A DNA stretch of 62,031 nucleotides from Basidiobolus meristosporus CBS 931.73 (taxonomy: Eukaryota > Fungi > Basidiobolomycota), in the NCBI GenBank assembly GCA_002104905.1, contig MCFE01000524.1, positions 1-62,031 on the forward strand, given 5' to 3'. Below the pieces are notes generated by a model. That model saw only the letters and a program-made list of their open reading frames with translations, did no database searches and was not told the origin of the DNA. The position numbers and the translations under genes were made by a program. Every line of letters starts with the position of its first letter. Within the stretch, counting starts at the first letter, position 1. Below are positions 1 to 13,605 of this stretch, one piece after another.

Positions 1-233
1 TCTGTTATTTGATATATTGCACCTACATGAATTTAAGATTCAATGATGACATGCCATAGTAAGCATTATATATTAAGTTATGGCACCACATAGACGCACA
101 TATGTAACACAACTTCCCCTTTGTTTGACTCACAACCATATATATGCCTCTAAAAGATAAAGTAAAGTTGTCAGATTCCCCACCAAACCCCACTGCTGAC
201 AGCAGCAGAAGAATGGTTGGATAAAAGCTTGCT

Positions 234-1554
234 TTGACATTCAGTGCAACAAGCAGGGCTACAACCAAAAAAAGCCCTGTCAAAAGTGTGCCCACTGCAG
301 GGAAAAATGCTGACTGCCCAGGCTCCCAGTCAAGTAGAAAATTGGGAATCTCTGCAGAGCTGCAAGCTGACTATATTGCTGAGGCAGATGAGAGTGTAGC
401 AAAAGCAGTACCTTTGGTGGAAGACCAGCAATTGGCTATCATAACATCACCACCACCCATACTAGCAAGTGTGATGTCAGCTCATACCCAAGTATTAATG
501 CGGCAAATAGGTGCAGTGGCTGATAGGATAGATGAAATGGCCCAGAGAAATCAGGAAATATTCCAGAAGCAGGATGAGCAGACAAATATGTTGTACCAAT
601 AAGGGAAAAGCAGGAAGACAAATATGCAACAGCATCACATTTACCAAGGAAATGCATACTGATATTCAGGAAGCACTCAGTCAAAATAGCAGTGAAGGAC
701 CTGGCAGTGATAAAAGCAGGCAGCAATCTCAGGAGCCTGTCACAGCAAAGGCTGAGAACTTGAAACAGGTGGGAAAGAAGCATCAGGTTGCCTGCAGAGT
801 GCCAGCAAGGGATAAGCAAGCCAAAACAGATACATCAGAGTAGCATTTATCAGGGGGAAAATGTAGTTCAATACAACAAGCACTGAGACAAAGTAGCAGT
901 GAAAGACCTGGCAGTGATAAAGGAAAGGTAAAAGGAAAAAGTTTACCTAAGCCAGAGACCGGGAAGCTTAAGAAAGAAGCTGCAGCTCTTGCCAATTAGT
1001 GCTGAAAGCCTAGAACAGACTGAATCCCATTGTGGCCAAGAAGAATTACTAACAAGAAAACTGCTGGTTTGCAAGAGTTAGAAGCACTGCCAGTTGAACT
1101 ACACTCCAGTGAGGTAGATAAGTTTGCAGAGAAAGGCAGCTTTTCTACTACACCCTCCAGGTCTTCCATTGTTGACAGAGTGGTGATTCCACTGACAGAA
1201 AAAGTAGTAATGTCAAGAACTCAAAAGGCTATTGCAATGCCTTTGGTGGAGTTTTGGAACATCAATAAGCACATCAATAGGTTACAGCACTTCTTCAAGA
1301 GGAGTGCTCAAGAAAATACACTTGAATATTGCAAGGACTTATTGCAAAGACTGGCAGATGAGGACCTAGACCTTGCAGTGCTTGCTGAAGACCAGGATGC
1401 ATGGGAACCAGCAAATGAGCAGTGGTATAAAGCAGTAGGGTTCTCACCAAAGTTGTGCAAAGAGAGTGTTACTGCAGAAATACTTATTGAGAGGTTGATT
1501 TTCATGGAGTTACTTGTTGAGTGTGGGGTTGGGCTCAATGATAGTGTAGGGTAA
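234..1554 (+). pseudogene. Decayed reading frame of unknown function in CpG-depleted repeat DNA
   Basis: ORFs 532-843 and 1030-1554 are in the same frame, separated only by in-frame stops (TAG/TGA). An in-frame ~44-bp repeat (671-714 vs 878-921) encodes EALSQNSSEGPGSDK / QALRQSSSERPGSDK. ORF 234-602 is in another frame. No recognisable domain. Confidence 0.35.
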
Positions 1555-1720
1555 AGGGACTTGTAAAGGTCAATACAATGGGTAATTGAGGTACAACTGA
1601 AGCTTTAACAGAAATAAATCAATTTGTATGCATGAAAAATAAGAGAAATGGTTAGTCAGGTGGTAAGGAGTGTGAAAAACAGGAACTGACCAATCAATGC
1701 GCACAAATGTAGGAGGTGAT

Positions 1721-2255
1721 AGACAATGATATTTGTTTGCTAGGCAGGCTAGGCTTGGTGTTCTTTGGAGTGCTAGATATACTAGGCTTGGATAGAGACT
1801 AGAACTGAATTGTTGGATTCTTATTTTTGCTGAGACAGAATCTTAATTTCATTGAGACACACACTAAACCAAAAGGTTCAGTAAACTTTATTTATACTTT
1901 TCTGATCAAGCTGAATTAGTAAGCACCAAGGGACTGGATTGATTGAAATCAATTTGGGTGTTCATAGGTGCATAAGATAAATGAAAATTACATCATCAAT
2001 CAACTGATGTCTTGGCAACTGCACAGTGGTTGGATAGATCTCAGATGACTAATCACCTGGAAGGCTTGGCAGATAGGTTGATAACGTAATGACCATTTGA
2101 AAATAGATCAGGTGTGATAGCTAAAAATAGATTCTGAGGTGGGATAAAATAAACTGTAACTGGGATTTGTTATGTTTGGGTTAGGGAAAATCAGTTAGGG
2201 TACTAGATTTTCAAATGGAGTAAAATTGGCTAAGTTTTAAATGTTGATGCACACA
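1721..2255 (-). repeat. Gypsy 3' LTR, truncated at its left end
   Basis: Near-identical to 6940-7475. It starts TG after the polypurine tract GGAAGGAAGTGA (2256-2267, minus strand). The ~160 bp equivalent to 6780-6939 is missing. Confidence 0.9.
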
Positions 2256-5200
2256 TCACTTCCTTCCGGAAGAGGAGTTTTTTGATACCTTCTTTGTTCC
2301 TCTGTGGCTCCAATACTGATCAATAATGGCAACATCATCAAAGTTGGTGTAAGGTTCCCAGGTGTTGTGTTTGGTATCATAGCCTTTCCACTTGACTAAA
2401 TAAAGGCAATTTGGTTCTTCTCCATCATGGTCCACAATAGCTTCAACTGCATAGGATTCCAAAGTTACTGGGTCTTGAGAAATATGTTTGAGTGAAGAAG
2501 GTGGAAAGTGTTTGGGTAGCAGTGCTCCAGTGTTATCCTGAAGTACATAAGATCCTCCAGTAGTGCGTCTGACAACCTTGAATGGTCCTCCATACTTGGG
2601 ATCAAGCTTAGATTGCCGGATTGGATCTAGTGACATGACATATGACCCATCTGGGAAGCTGCTATTCCTGTGTCTTGAGGCGTATGTTGAAGTCATCTTT
2701 TGCTGAGAGGCCTTACTTCTGGCACTGATAGCAGGGTAGACAATGTTGGTAAGGTACTCAAGCCGGTTCTTTAGCTTATCTGTATTCAAACTTGCTAACT
2801 CTGTATTCTGGTAGTCTCAAAAGTGGTTGTATCTTCTTCCAAACATCAAGGAAAATGGTGTTGATCCATGTAGAGCGGCAATTTTGGTGTTGATAGCATA
2901 CTGTACAGTTGGAATGTACTTGTCCCAATTCTTCTTGATACCTTTGATAGATTTCCTGATGATGTTCACTGAGGTCTGAACATGTCTTTCAGCCAGTCCA
3001 TTAGCTTTGGGATGATATGGAGTGATCAGATGGTGATCAATGGCGCTATTCTGGCAAAGGGCTTTGATCACGTGATTCACAAATTCTGTTCCATTATCTG
3101 ATTGAATGACCTTAGGGAATCCAAAAAGGCAGAAGAGCTTGAATAGTTCTTGTGCAATAGTGGCAGCATACTTGTCTGGGATAGCTTTGAGGAAGACAAA
3201 ATGTGTGCAGACATCCACAATTACAAAGAGGTAGTGATTACCATCATCACTAGTGGTGAAAGGTCCAGCTAGATCAATTGCAATATGATCCATAGGAAGG
3301 CTTGCATGGATGAGGCTCAAAGGGTGAAATCTGTGGCGGCTGATATTGTAAAGTTGACATTCTCTGCACGACTTGACAAATTCTAAGCAGTCAACTTTGA
3401 TATTTGGCCAGTGATATCCATCAGAGTGTAGCTTCTTCATAAGTGTGTCAGCTCCAAAGTGGCCAAGTAAATGACTCCTATGTATCAATGTTTTCCTTTG
3501 TTCTTCAGGTGGGATTTTCCAAGTTGCTGAATCCAGTTGAGGAATTATTTTGGAAGTTGTAGAGAGTTTACTGATTACATCAGTAATCACATGTCCCTCC
3601 CAATGTGAAGTTGGAAAAAGTCTTGACAGGTGGTCAGGTAGGATGTTGAGAATTCTTGGGCAATGAATAACTGTATATTCATAATCAAGTAGAGTATCAA
3701 GCCAGTTGGTAAGTATTGGAGTCAGAGTCTACTGAGCATGGATATAGACAAGGGCTTGGTGGTCAGTGTACAAGGTAAAAGGATTACCCCATAGATACTG
3801 ATGAAACTTCTTCAAGGCAAAGACTATGGCAAGTAGCTCCTTCTTGGTAGCAGAGTAGTTTCTCTCAACAGGTTGTAGGGACCTGGCTTGGAAAGAGATC
3901 CAGTGAGGCAGATTTTGGTCTTCATCTTGATAGAGGACTGCCCCTAACCCAACATTAGATGCATCTGTAGCAACAACAAAGGGCTTAGTAAAGTCTGGGT
4001 AGGATAAGGTGGGTGCTTGTGGAAGTAGTTGGCAGAGTGACTCAAAGGCTTGGTCATGAGTCTTGTTCCAGGCTGAGGTGAGATCAGGGCTATGGCGTAA
4101 TGCATCCAAAGGGGCACTCAATGAGGACATGAGTGGTATGTGTTCCCTGAAATAGTTGAATACTCCAAGATAATGTTGAAGTTGCTTGGCGCTAGTGGGT
4201 TTTGGCCATTCTGGAATATTGACCAGTCTGAAAGGATCTAATTGGTGGCCAGCTGGTGTGACTATAAATCCAAGTAGATTGATTTTGAGGCGGGCAAAAC
4301 TGCACTTTTCAGCATTGCAAATCAGTCCAACAGTTGTCAGTCTGTTGATTACATCAGTGACATGGGTTGCATGATCATCACAGTTAGTGGAAAATATGAT
4401 GACATCATCAACAAATACCAATGCATATGGTGCATTCTTGAGTATCATAGTCATGACTCTCTGAAACTTGCTGGTAAGTGTCTTTAGGCCAAAGGGAGCT
4501 CCCTGAAACATCCATTGAATATTAGTCCAAGTACAGGCAGTCTTATGCTGATGATCAGGATGGATCTGGAACCGGTGATATGCATCCTTCAAGTCCAACT
4601 TGGAGAATACTTTTGCTCCTGATAGTGCGGAAAAGATATCTTTGATTCTTGGAATTGGAAACTTGTCATCTTGGAGAAGCTTGTTCAGAGGTCTGGGGTC
4701 CAAACAGGGTCTCTTCAGGGTTAGATTTCCATCAGCATCTTTCTTTGGTGAAAGCGTCAAAGGGCTGTTGAATGTTGTGTGACAGGGGCTTGAGTGATAA
4801 TTCCATTGTCAGCCCATTTTTGGACTATCTCATCAACTAAGTGTTGACATGAATGCAGAATTGGGTATTGCCTCATCCATGTTGACTCACCAGGTGGGGT
4901 CTCTAGTGTAACAATGGATTCTGGGATGGTGCAGAAGCTGTTCCTTGGAATGGCCTGATTTCTCTCTATGGCCGGCTGAATATCCAATTTGACTGATTGA
5001 GAATATTCTTGAAAAGTTGGGGTTAACTCTTCTTCTTCCAGTTGGAATGAGATAATCTCTGGGATTTGATCCATTATGAGCGGCTGAGATTTAGTGATTC
5101 CTGGATAGGAAACTGGTAGTCCGCCTATGTGAAAGCCAAGTTTGGTGAAGGTGTCCAGACCACTGACTACCTGAGGTCCATCTGGTATGTCAATAACTTC

Positions 5201-6739
5201 CATCTGATGGATTATGGTTACTGAGCCACAATATATGTTGATTGGGTTGGTAATGCCAATTCTTGGGGCTGAGAGATCCTTAGCTGCAAGAATGATTTTT
5301 CCTGGTTGTTTTGCTATCTCCCAATTGAGTTCTCTGACTACATTGGGTGATACAATAGAGTTGGATGCTCCAGTATCCAGTAGTGCTACGTATGATAGGC
5401 CATTGAGGGTGAGTGGCACTTCTATGGCTTTGAGCCGTGTGATTGGTTGCTTCTTCTCTTGAACAGTTGCAATTCTAACTGGAAACTCAAAGAGGTTGTG
5501 ATAATCTTGAGCTGTAAGTTCTTCATATGCTTCTTCATACCCCATTGTATCATTGGCTGAATGATCATCAAGGATCTGGATAATTTTGGCTGATGGTGTG
5601 GAGTTCTTCTCAGGACAGGCAGGTGATCTATGTCCCATATTTCCACATTTAAAGCACTTGTCATCAGCATATGGATTATCAGTTTTGGTGTTTTGCTGCT
5701 TTTCTGAGGTGTTTCCTGACTTGTTTGACTGCTTGGTGATGCCTTTGCATTCAATGGTAGAAAGATAGCATTTTCCATGAAGCTCACAGTGCTTGGTAGC
5801 GGTTGACTGCTTCTTGGTCACATGACTGGTCTCTTTTCCGGCTGTTGTGGGATCTTGGGTTGAGTTGCCTGAAGTCTGGCTAACAGCTGCAATCAAGGTG
5901 ATTGCCAGTGTACATATCTCTGAGATCTGGTCATAGGTACGTGCAGGGTTGCATGCTTTGACAATAGCAATATTGCTCTGTAGCTGGTGTGAAAAGTATG
6001 AAAGAAAATGAGCAGTAAGCAATGGATTATCATCACTAACTCCAGCTAATCTCATTTGTCTTTAGAATCTATCACAGAAGTGTTGCACAGATTCACCTTT
6101 TTGCATTTTAGTTTTCCATAAGTTGCAGTTCAGATGTGCTTTCTTGAGAGGATCTTCAAAATGGCTGCAAAAGAGGTTTTGGGCAATTTTCCACACACTA
6201 TTGGAAGGAATGTTCACTTCAACCCAGTCAGCATCTTGCATTGTGAGACAGAGAGGCAGAAGTCTAGCCCAGTTGGTGTCAGGGTCTAGCTGGTGTGCAG
6301 CTATGATGTGACTAAACTTGTAAAGAAACTCAGTTGGATTCTTGATGGCATTGGTGCCTTCAGCATAAAAAGGCAAGGATCTTGGGACAACCACCGGGGC
6401 AGGTCTAGAAGGAGATTTATATCTGGACAATTCAAAGGCATGACTTCTTGGTGGCTGATGCAGAGCAAGGCTTGGCGGATTTTCAATGCTGTCAATTACT
6501 ATGGCAATATTCTCCAGTGCTTCCTTAATAATTCAAATTTCATCGTGGTAACCAGATATAACTTCAAGGAGTTCATCTCTACGGTGATTATCAGATCTTG
6601 TTTTGGCAAGCTTTGAGTGCTCAAGCATCATGGTATTTCTTTCAAGCATGATGTTTTCAAGCTGTTCAGTAAGTTCTTCCTGATTTCTTCTGGCTTCTTC
6701 CAACATGGAAAGGTTTGAATTGCTTGCTGCTGAGGACAT
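2256..6739 (-). pseudogene. Gypsy gag-pol, broken by stops and a frameshift
   Basis: ORF pieces 6533-6739, 6062-6430, 4757-6055, 3729-4760, 2817-3590 and 2256-2789. In-frame stops at 6533, 6062, 3729 and 2817; frameshift near 4760-4790. Confidence 0.9.
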
Positions 6740-6762
6740 CTTCTAATTGGCTGAATGTAATG

Positions 6763-6779
6763 GAATTCAACAAAAAAAA
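6763..6779 (-). promoter_or_regulatory. Gypsy primer-binding region, probably self-priming (Tf1-like)
   Basis: The sense sequence after the LTR is TTTTTTTTGTTGAATTC. TTGTTGAATTC is complementary to an LTR-internal segment: perfectly in the 55157 LTR copy (55407-55417) and 10/11 in the other two LTRs. Confidence 0.55.
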
Positions 6780-7475
6780 TGTTGTATCCAAGAGAAAGTG
6801 TGATAAAACTCTTAAATGGTTTAACTGAACCAAAGGGACAATTAAGTGCAGAATCTTAGAATTGTCAGAGAGTGGCAGAAATATTAGCAGAAAGATTCTG
6901 ATCTAATATTGGTCTTGGATATAGCTGGGTTGGCTATAAAGACAATGATATTTGTTTGCTAGGCAGGCTAGGCTTGGTGTTCTTTGGAGTGCTAGATATA
7001 CTAGGCTTGGATAGAGACTAGAACTGAATTGTTGGATTCTTATTTTTGCTGAGACAGAATCTTAATTTCATTGAGACACACACTAAACCAAAAGGTTCAG
7101 TAAGCTTTACTTATACTTTTCTGATCAAGTTGAATTAGTAAGCGCCAAGGGACTGGATTGATTGAAATCAATTTGGGTGTTCATAGGTGCATAAGATAAA
7201 TGAAAATTACATCATCAATCAACTGATGTCTTGGCAACTGCACAGTGGTTGGATAGATCTCAGATGACTAATCACCTGGAAGGCTTGGCAGATAGGTTGA
7301 TAACGTAATGACCATTTGAAAATAGATCAGGTGTGATAGCTAAAAATAGATTCTGAGGTGGGATAAAATAAACTGTAACTGGGATTTGTTATGTTTGGGT
7401 TAGGGAAAATCAGTTAGGGTACTAGATTTTCAAATGGAGTAAAATTGGCTAAGTTTTAAATGTTGATGCACAACA
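6780..7475 (-). repeat. Gypsy 5' LTR (~696 bp)
   Basis: TGTTG...CAACA termini. Matches 1721-2255. Contains GGGTTAGGG (7397-7405) and a second TTAGGG. Confidence 0.92.
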
Positions 7476-8283
7476 GTCTCCATCATAATGCCAGCAGCAT
7501 CAATTTACTGACCCTCTTAACAATCTTATGGTTAGATTGTGACTGTGCTTTGTGGTTTTTACTGCTAAGTAGGTAAATAAACTTAACAGTGTTTTAGTGA
7601 TATGATCTTCTGCTTGAATTTTTGAGTTATATTAGTTTTTAGTCAAATCAATTAGTTTGATGGTTAGCTCATCATTATATCAGTATTATCTATCAAATCA
7701 GTGGTATTAGTCAGCCAATGTTTTAGCATATTCTTATCAGACAGGAATAGTTAAATTAAATAGAATCAAATTAGGTGATGATGATGTGATCAGATGAGTC
7801 ATGAGCCAGAACCTGAATTTAGAAATACAACTAGTCAGCAGTTGATCTGGCAAAATGTATAAAAGGAGCTGCTGGAACCTCAATGAAAGTCAGTTTGAGT
7901 TTTAGTGAATACAATACTAGCTAAACTCCCTATTCCTCTACAATGCTTTAATCTAGACTTGTAACATTGGCAGTTAATTAACACAATTTATATGGCATTC
8001 TATTGATCTTATTGTGGCCTACACTTTCTTCAGCAAACACAACCAGTCAGTACATCCAATTGCTATATATGAACAAAAACTTGAGGGTATCTTGATAGCC
8101 TTGAGGTGGACATCAGTTGGCATTACAACAGCAGCACAGCAGCCTACAGCTACTACTGTGTAATGTAAATATACCAATTTACCAAATGGTATATCCTTTT
8201 GCTACCTTCCCTTGTGCCATTCATATATTCCATTATAGAATCACCCATGCTTATTTGCCTACCCACTACCGCCATGAGCATTC

Positions 8284-8629
8284 TGTTGTAACAGTTTTGG
8301 AAATATTAGAAGTGACTGGGAGAACAAGTAAATAATGTGGCTTTCACTTGATGATTTATTGAATGTAAAAGTAGTATTTATACTTTTACATGGTCTTGGA
8401 GTTGCAATCATGTAGAATACACTTAGGAAGGTCCCAAGAGCATGTGTGCTAAGTTTGGTGCTGTTGGAACAACTTTGAGAATTTTCATGTTCTGGGTACT
8501 TGATATTTTTGTGAAAATATTCTAATTAAATCCGAACAAGGATTTTGGTCAGTATTCTCCAAGATTTGAAGGTAATGATCTAAGTGACTAAGCTAGGTGT
8601 GTATTTAGGTGGAATTACAAATTTTCACA
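8284..8629 (-). repeat. Copia 3' LTR
   Basis: TGTTG start and CA end; ~346 bp, homologous to 13257-13605 and 52116-52463; PPT adjacent. Confidence 0.85.
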
Positions 8630-11614
8630 GCACTCCCACTTAACTAAATGTACATACTGACTAGTTCTAATTTTGACCTAAAATATTCAAGCTTGTCTCT
8701 AGTTGGTGGTTTGGTAAATAGGTCTGCTATCATTTCATGTGTCAAACAGTAAGCTAAGTTAACCAGGTTATTCTCTAAGCTTCACATAAGAAATGATGTC
8801 TAATATCTACATGCCTAGTTCTAGTATGAAAAGCTGAATATCTACCTAATTGTATATAGCCTTAATTATCTTGAAATAAAGTAATAGGCATTTTTTGATA
8901 TAAGCCTAAATCTTTAAAAAGCCTCCTTAGCCCCATTACTTTGCTTGTAGCTTTACAGGCTGCCAGATACTCTGCCTCTGTGGCAGAAAGTGCTATGGTT
9001 GGTTACGTACTTGAATTCTATGATATTGCTCCTTTACAGTTAAGAAAAGTGTATCCTGTGATGGATCTTCTGTCTTCCAAATTTCCTCCCCAATCAGCAT
9101 CAGAGTAACCCACAAGATCTTGTTCTGAATTGTTATAAGTGTATCTTAGGCAGATATCAGCAGTTCCTTTTAGGTATCTAAAAATCTGCTTAACTGCTGC
9201 AATATGATCTGATCAAGTAGTTCTGATTATGCTGGCTGACAACTCCAACTGAATATGAGATATCTGGACATGCTTCAAGCATGATATACATCAGACTGCC
9301 AGCCATAGATTGATAAGAAAGGTCAGGGCTTTCAGATGGCACCAAGCTCTCTTGATTTGGTGGAGTTTAGATCAAGTTAAGGTTTGTCTCCATTGAGGTA
9401 GCTGCAGGTTTGTAGTCTTCCATTTAGTACTTCTTTATTATATCTTGAGTATACTTGGATTGGCTTAGGGTGATAGTCAGGGTACTTCTGTCTATCCAGA
9501 ACTTTATCCCTAAGTAGTAACTGTGTTCTCCTAGATTAGACATCATGGACTCCTCTGATTGGCTGGACTTAGTCTCTTCCAATGGTTTGAGGTTATTGGG
9601 GGCTATAATAAGAGCATCTACATATAGAGCTAATAGAACCTGATCTGTTCTATCTGGCTTATAGCATATACTATAGTCAGCATTACTCTTTTTGAAACTG
9701 AAGGACCCCAAACTCAACTCTATTTGGCAGTTCCAGACTTTTGGTAATTGTTTGAGTCCATATAAAGACTTTTTAAGCTTGGAGACCAAATGGGGGTTAT
9801 CTTGGCCAACAAACCCATCAGGCTGGTCCATATACACACCCCCATCAAGTGCTCCATTCAAAAATGCAGTTTTTACATCTATTTGCTGTATTAAAAACTT
9901 ATATTTGGCTGCAATAGCCAATATTATTCTGATAGGATTAAACTTGTCTTCCAGTGCAAAGGTTGTAGTATAGTCAAGTCCCTTTGTTTGAGAGTATCCT
10001 TTGGCCACAATTCTTGCTTTGTATATTTCAATCATACCATCAGCCTTGTATTTTGTCTTAAAGACCCATCTGCATCCAATTGATTTATGGTTGATTGGTA
10101 ATTTGACTAAGTCCCAGGTTTGATTTTCCATTAGGGCCTGATATTCCTCAGCCATTGCAGATCACCAAAACCTTGTCTGAGGGCAATTTAGGGCCTCTTT
10201 TACAGTTGGGGGTTTAACAATATGAATTGAACAGGCATAGGCTAAGTTTGTGCCCTTGTTGATATGGTAATTTGGTCTATTTCTTGTCTGGTTGGATCTC
10301 TGGGCATTTGATACTGGAATGATCACTTCTGGGATATTCCTGGACACCAATTCTGGCTGAACCACAGTTGTAGAGCTTTCTGGAGTGAAAAAATCTTCAT
10401 TGTTTTGCTCTGATTCAATCCTGACAATTGGTGGACTTGAGATCAAATATTTGTCATTATCTGATGTCATTTTTGGTGAGCACTTTGAATCTCATCAAAC
10501 AACACATCCCTGTACTTGACTAGCTTCTTTCCTTTGGTACTGTAAGATCTGTATGCCTTACTCTCATTGCAGTAGCCCAAAATATGCATTTTACACTTTT
10601 TGGCTTATATTTTGACTGATTTCTAAGCAGTTTCTTGGCATATGCTGTAGACTCAAATATTCTTAGATGTTTTGCACTTGGCCTGTATCCACAACATGCT
10701 TTAAATGGAGTAAAATCACAAAGTATTCTATTATAACTCCTATTTCTAAGGTATACAGCTGTGACAACTGATTCTGCCCAAAAATCATAGAATATTTTTT
10801 GATCACGAATCATAGATCTTGCCATATCAATTATTGATTTGTTGCACATTCTGCTACTCCATTTTGCTGAGGGAAGTATGGTACAATAGTCTCTTGCTTT
10901 AACCCATGAATTATGCAGAAGTTGATGAAGAGTTTTGATGTATATTCTCCAGCATTGTCAGAGCATATTTTCTTGATTTGTTCACCAGTTTCTCTCTCCA
11001 CCTTGGCTTTAAACTCCCTGAGCTTAGAAACAGCTTCTTCCATTCTCTCCATGTAGTAGACCCATGTGTATCTTGTATAACCATTAATAAAAGTGATTAA
11101 ATACTTCATCTCACCTAATGATAAAATTTTGCATAGTTCCACACAGATTTGAGTGAATTGGATCTAATTTTTTCTTAGTTTTGATTAGCCCAGCACTCAT
11201 GAACAGTTGTCTGGATTGTTTCCCATATATGCAGGCTTCACAGTGCTCCAAATTAGCTGGGGGATCAACTTTTATTCCAGAAATTAGCTGATCTTTGATC
11301 ATTTTTTGCAAATAGTCAAAATTGATGTGTCCAAATCTCCTGTTCCAAAGCATTGGTGTTTCTTCATTTAAGTTACTTACATTGGCTTCCAGATATGATA
11401 GAATATAGGTCAATGTATACAGATTCTGGTCTCTGAAACTCAAAACAATATGGGCACCATTTTGATCAATGATCCTGCATCCAGAATTTTCAAAGCAGAA
11501 ACTGGGTGCTTCTGGTGTGGCCTTGCTTACCAATAGTAAGTTCTTGGCTATTTCTGGTAACCCAAATCTCCTGTGCCAATGCATTGGTGTTTCTTCATTG
11601 AAGTTACTTATATA

Positions 11615-12024
11615 TGTTGTAAAAGTTTGTAATTCTACCTAAATATTCACCTAACTTGGTCCCTTAGATCATTACCTTCAAATCCTAGATAACACTGACC
11701 AAATTTCTTGTCAGGGTTTACTTGGAATATTTTCACCAAAATACCAGATACCCAGAACATGAAAATTCTCAAAGTTGTCCAAACAGCCCCAAACTTTGCA
11801 CATATGTTCTTGGGACCTTCCTTAGCCTATTATATGTGTTTGTAATGCCAAGATCAGGTAAAAGTATAAATACTACTTTTACATTCAATAAATTATTAAA
11901 TGAAAGCCACATAATCTACTTGTTCTCCTAATCACTTCCAATCTCTCCAAGACTGTTACAGCAAAAATCATATAATCTACTTGTCCTCCCAATCACTTCC
12001 AATATCTCCAAGACTCTTACAACA
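11615..12024 (+). repeat. Solo Copia LTR of the same family, inserted in opposite orientation inside the Copia element
   Basis: Reverse complement of the 13257-13605 LTR, with TGTTG...CAACA ends. The terminal ~65 bp is tandemly duplicated. Flanks ATATA/ATATT are a 5-bp TSD with one mismatch. Confidence 0.85.
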
Positions 12025-13256
12025 ATATTGGCTTCCAAATATTATGGAATATAAGTCATCTTGTATAGATTCTGATCTCTGATACCCAAAGCAATATGGG
12101 CACTATTTTGATCAGTGATCTTACATCCAAATTGTCAAAGCCAAAACTGAGTCCTTCTGCTGTGGCCTTGCTTACAGATAGTAGGTTCTTAGCTATTTCT
12201 GGTACATAAAGTACTACTTTAAAGGTCAATGTATGGCTTCCTTCACTGCTTCTTAGGCGTACTTGGATAGTTCCTTCTCCAACTGAATCAGGTGTTCTAT
12301 TGTCACCCATGAAAACCTTCTTAATTGGAATTTCTTGATAATGGGTAAAAAGTTATTTTTGGTGTGTAAAGTGTTGTGATGCTCCGGAATCAATATACCA
12401 CATCTGAGAATCCTTGTTTGTGGTCATATTTAGTGCAGATATGAATAGTCTATCTTCAGTTGTTGCAGCATTTCCATATTCAGGCTTTTTCTGCTGACTA
12501 TCCCTCATTTTGAAGCACCAGTTTGATGTGTGTCCTTTCCTTTTACAGTAGCTGCAAAACAGGTTGCTATTGCCTTTAAAAGGTCTTGGGAGCCTTCTTT
12601 GTTGGTTATCATTGCTTATTAAAGCATTTTCTTCTTCCTTCTTATTGGTGCTTGATTTTCTTAATGCTTAGAGCCTGCCATATATGTAATTTAAGGTCAA
12701 ATCTTCAGTTCTGGACTCTAGAGCTGATACAAGGCCCTGAAACTTGTCTGTCAGGCTATTCAGAATGGTAACTATCACATCCTCATCAGTAGTTGGTACA
12801 CCCACAGATTCCATCTCATCTACCAGCAGGATAATTTGGTTGATTAGACTTTTCATTTCTTCTCCTGGCAGCATCTTTGTAGTAAAGGGTTTTCATCTCA
12901 AATGCATTTTCTTAGCAGCTGAACATGACTAGTAGGTGTCTTCTAATACCTTCCAGGCATTCCTTGCCATTTTTGCTCTTGAGCATTGAGTTAGTAATTT
13001 GTCTTTAACATTAAGGCAAATGCAGTTGAAGGCACTTTGTTATTTCATCTGGTACTTTAAGGTTTCCTCTCCCACATTTTTAGGAGGGCATTCTTCTCCC
13101 ATGATAATATCCCAAAGGCCTCTTTCTTGTAGCAGCATCTTCATCTTCACCTTCCACACTTGGTAGTGAGATCCATTCAACTTTTCAGCAGAGGGAAAAA
13201 TTCCAGTAGTAGCAGTAGTAGACATTGCAGAGAGTGGCAGCTCAAGGCTCATAGCC

Positions 13257-13605
13257 TGTTGTAAGAGTCTTGGAGATATTGGAAGTGATTGGGAGAACAA
13301 GTAGATTATGTGGTTTTCACTTGACAATTTATTGAATGAATAAGTAGTATTTATACTTTTACATGGCCTTGGCATAACAAACATGTAGAATAGGCTAAGG
13401 AAGGTCACAAGAGCATGTGTGCAAAGTGTGGGGCTGTTTGGACAACTTTGAGAATTTTCATGTTCTGGGTACCTGGTATTTTGGTGAAAATATTCTAAGT
13501 AAATCCCAACAAGGAATTTGGTCAGTGTTCTCTAGGATTGGAAGGTAATGATCTAAGTGACTAAGTTAGGTGAATATTTAGGTGGAATTGCAAATTTTTA
13601 CAACA
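13257..13605 (-). repeat. Copia 5' LTR
   Basis: TGTTG...CAACA, 349 bp, followed on the minus strand by the Copia-type PBS. Confidence 0.88.

Larger units (their letters stand above)
1721..7475 (-). mobile_element. Ty3/Gypsy LTR retrotransposon (chromovirus), degenerate
   Basis: Direct LTRs flank gag-pol in the order Gag, CCHC knuckle (CFKCGNMGHRSPAC), protease (LLDTGAS), RT (FVDD), RNase H (TDAS), integrase (HHCC, DDE, GPF) and chromodomain (YAVEAIVDH...YLVKWKGY...NTWEP). Confidence 0.95.
8284..13605 (-). mobile_element. Ty1/Copia LTR retrotransposon, degenerate and apparently chimeric
   Basis: LTRs at 8284-8629 and 13257-13605, PBS GGCTATGAGCC, PPT AGTGGGAGTG. Fragmented Gag (LNGSHYQVWKVKMKMLL), CCHC knuckle, protease, GAG-pre/integrase (CEACIYGKQ, QQNGVAE), RT (IQQIDVKTAFLNG, LYVD) and RNase H in Copia order. 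Confidence 0.93.

Noticed and set aside
7476-7990. Possible + strand LTR of another element (TATAAAAG at 7858, ...TGTAACA-TTGGCAGT at 7966)
   Set aside because: No second copy or coding sequence in the window, so it cannot be supported.
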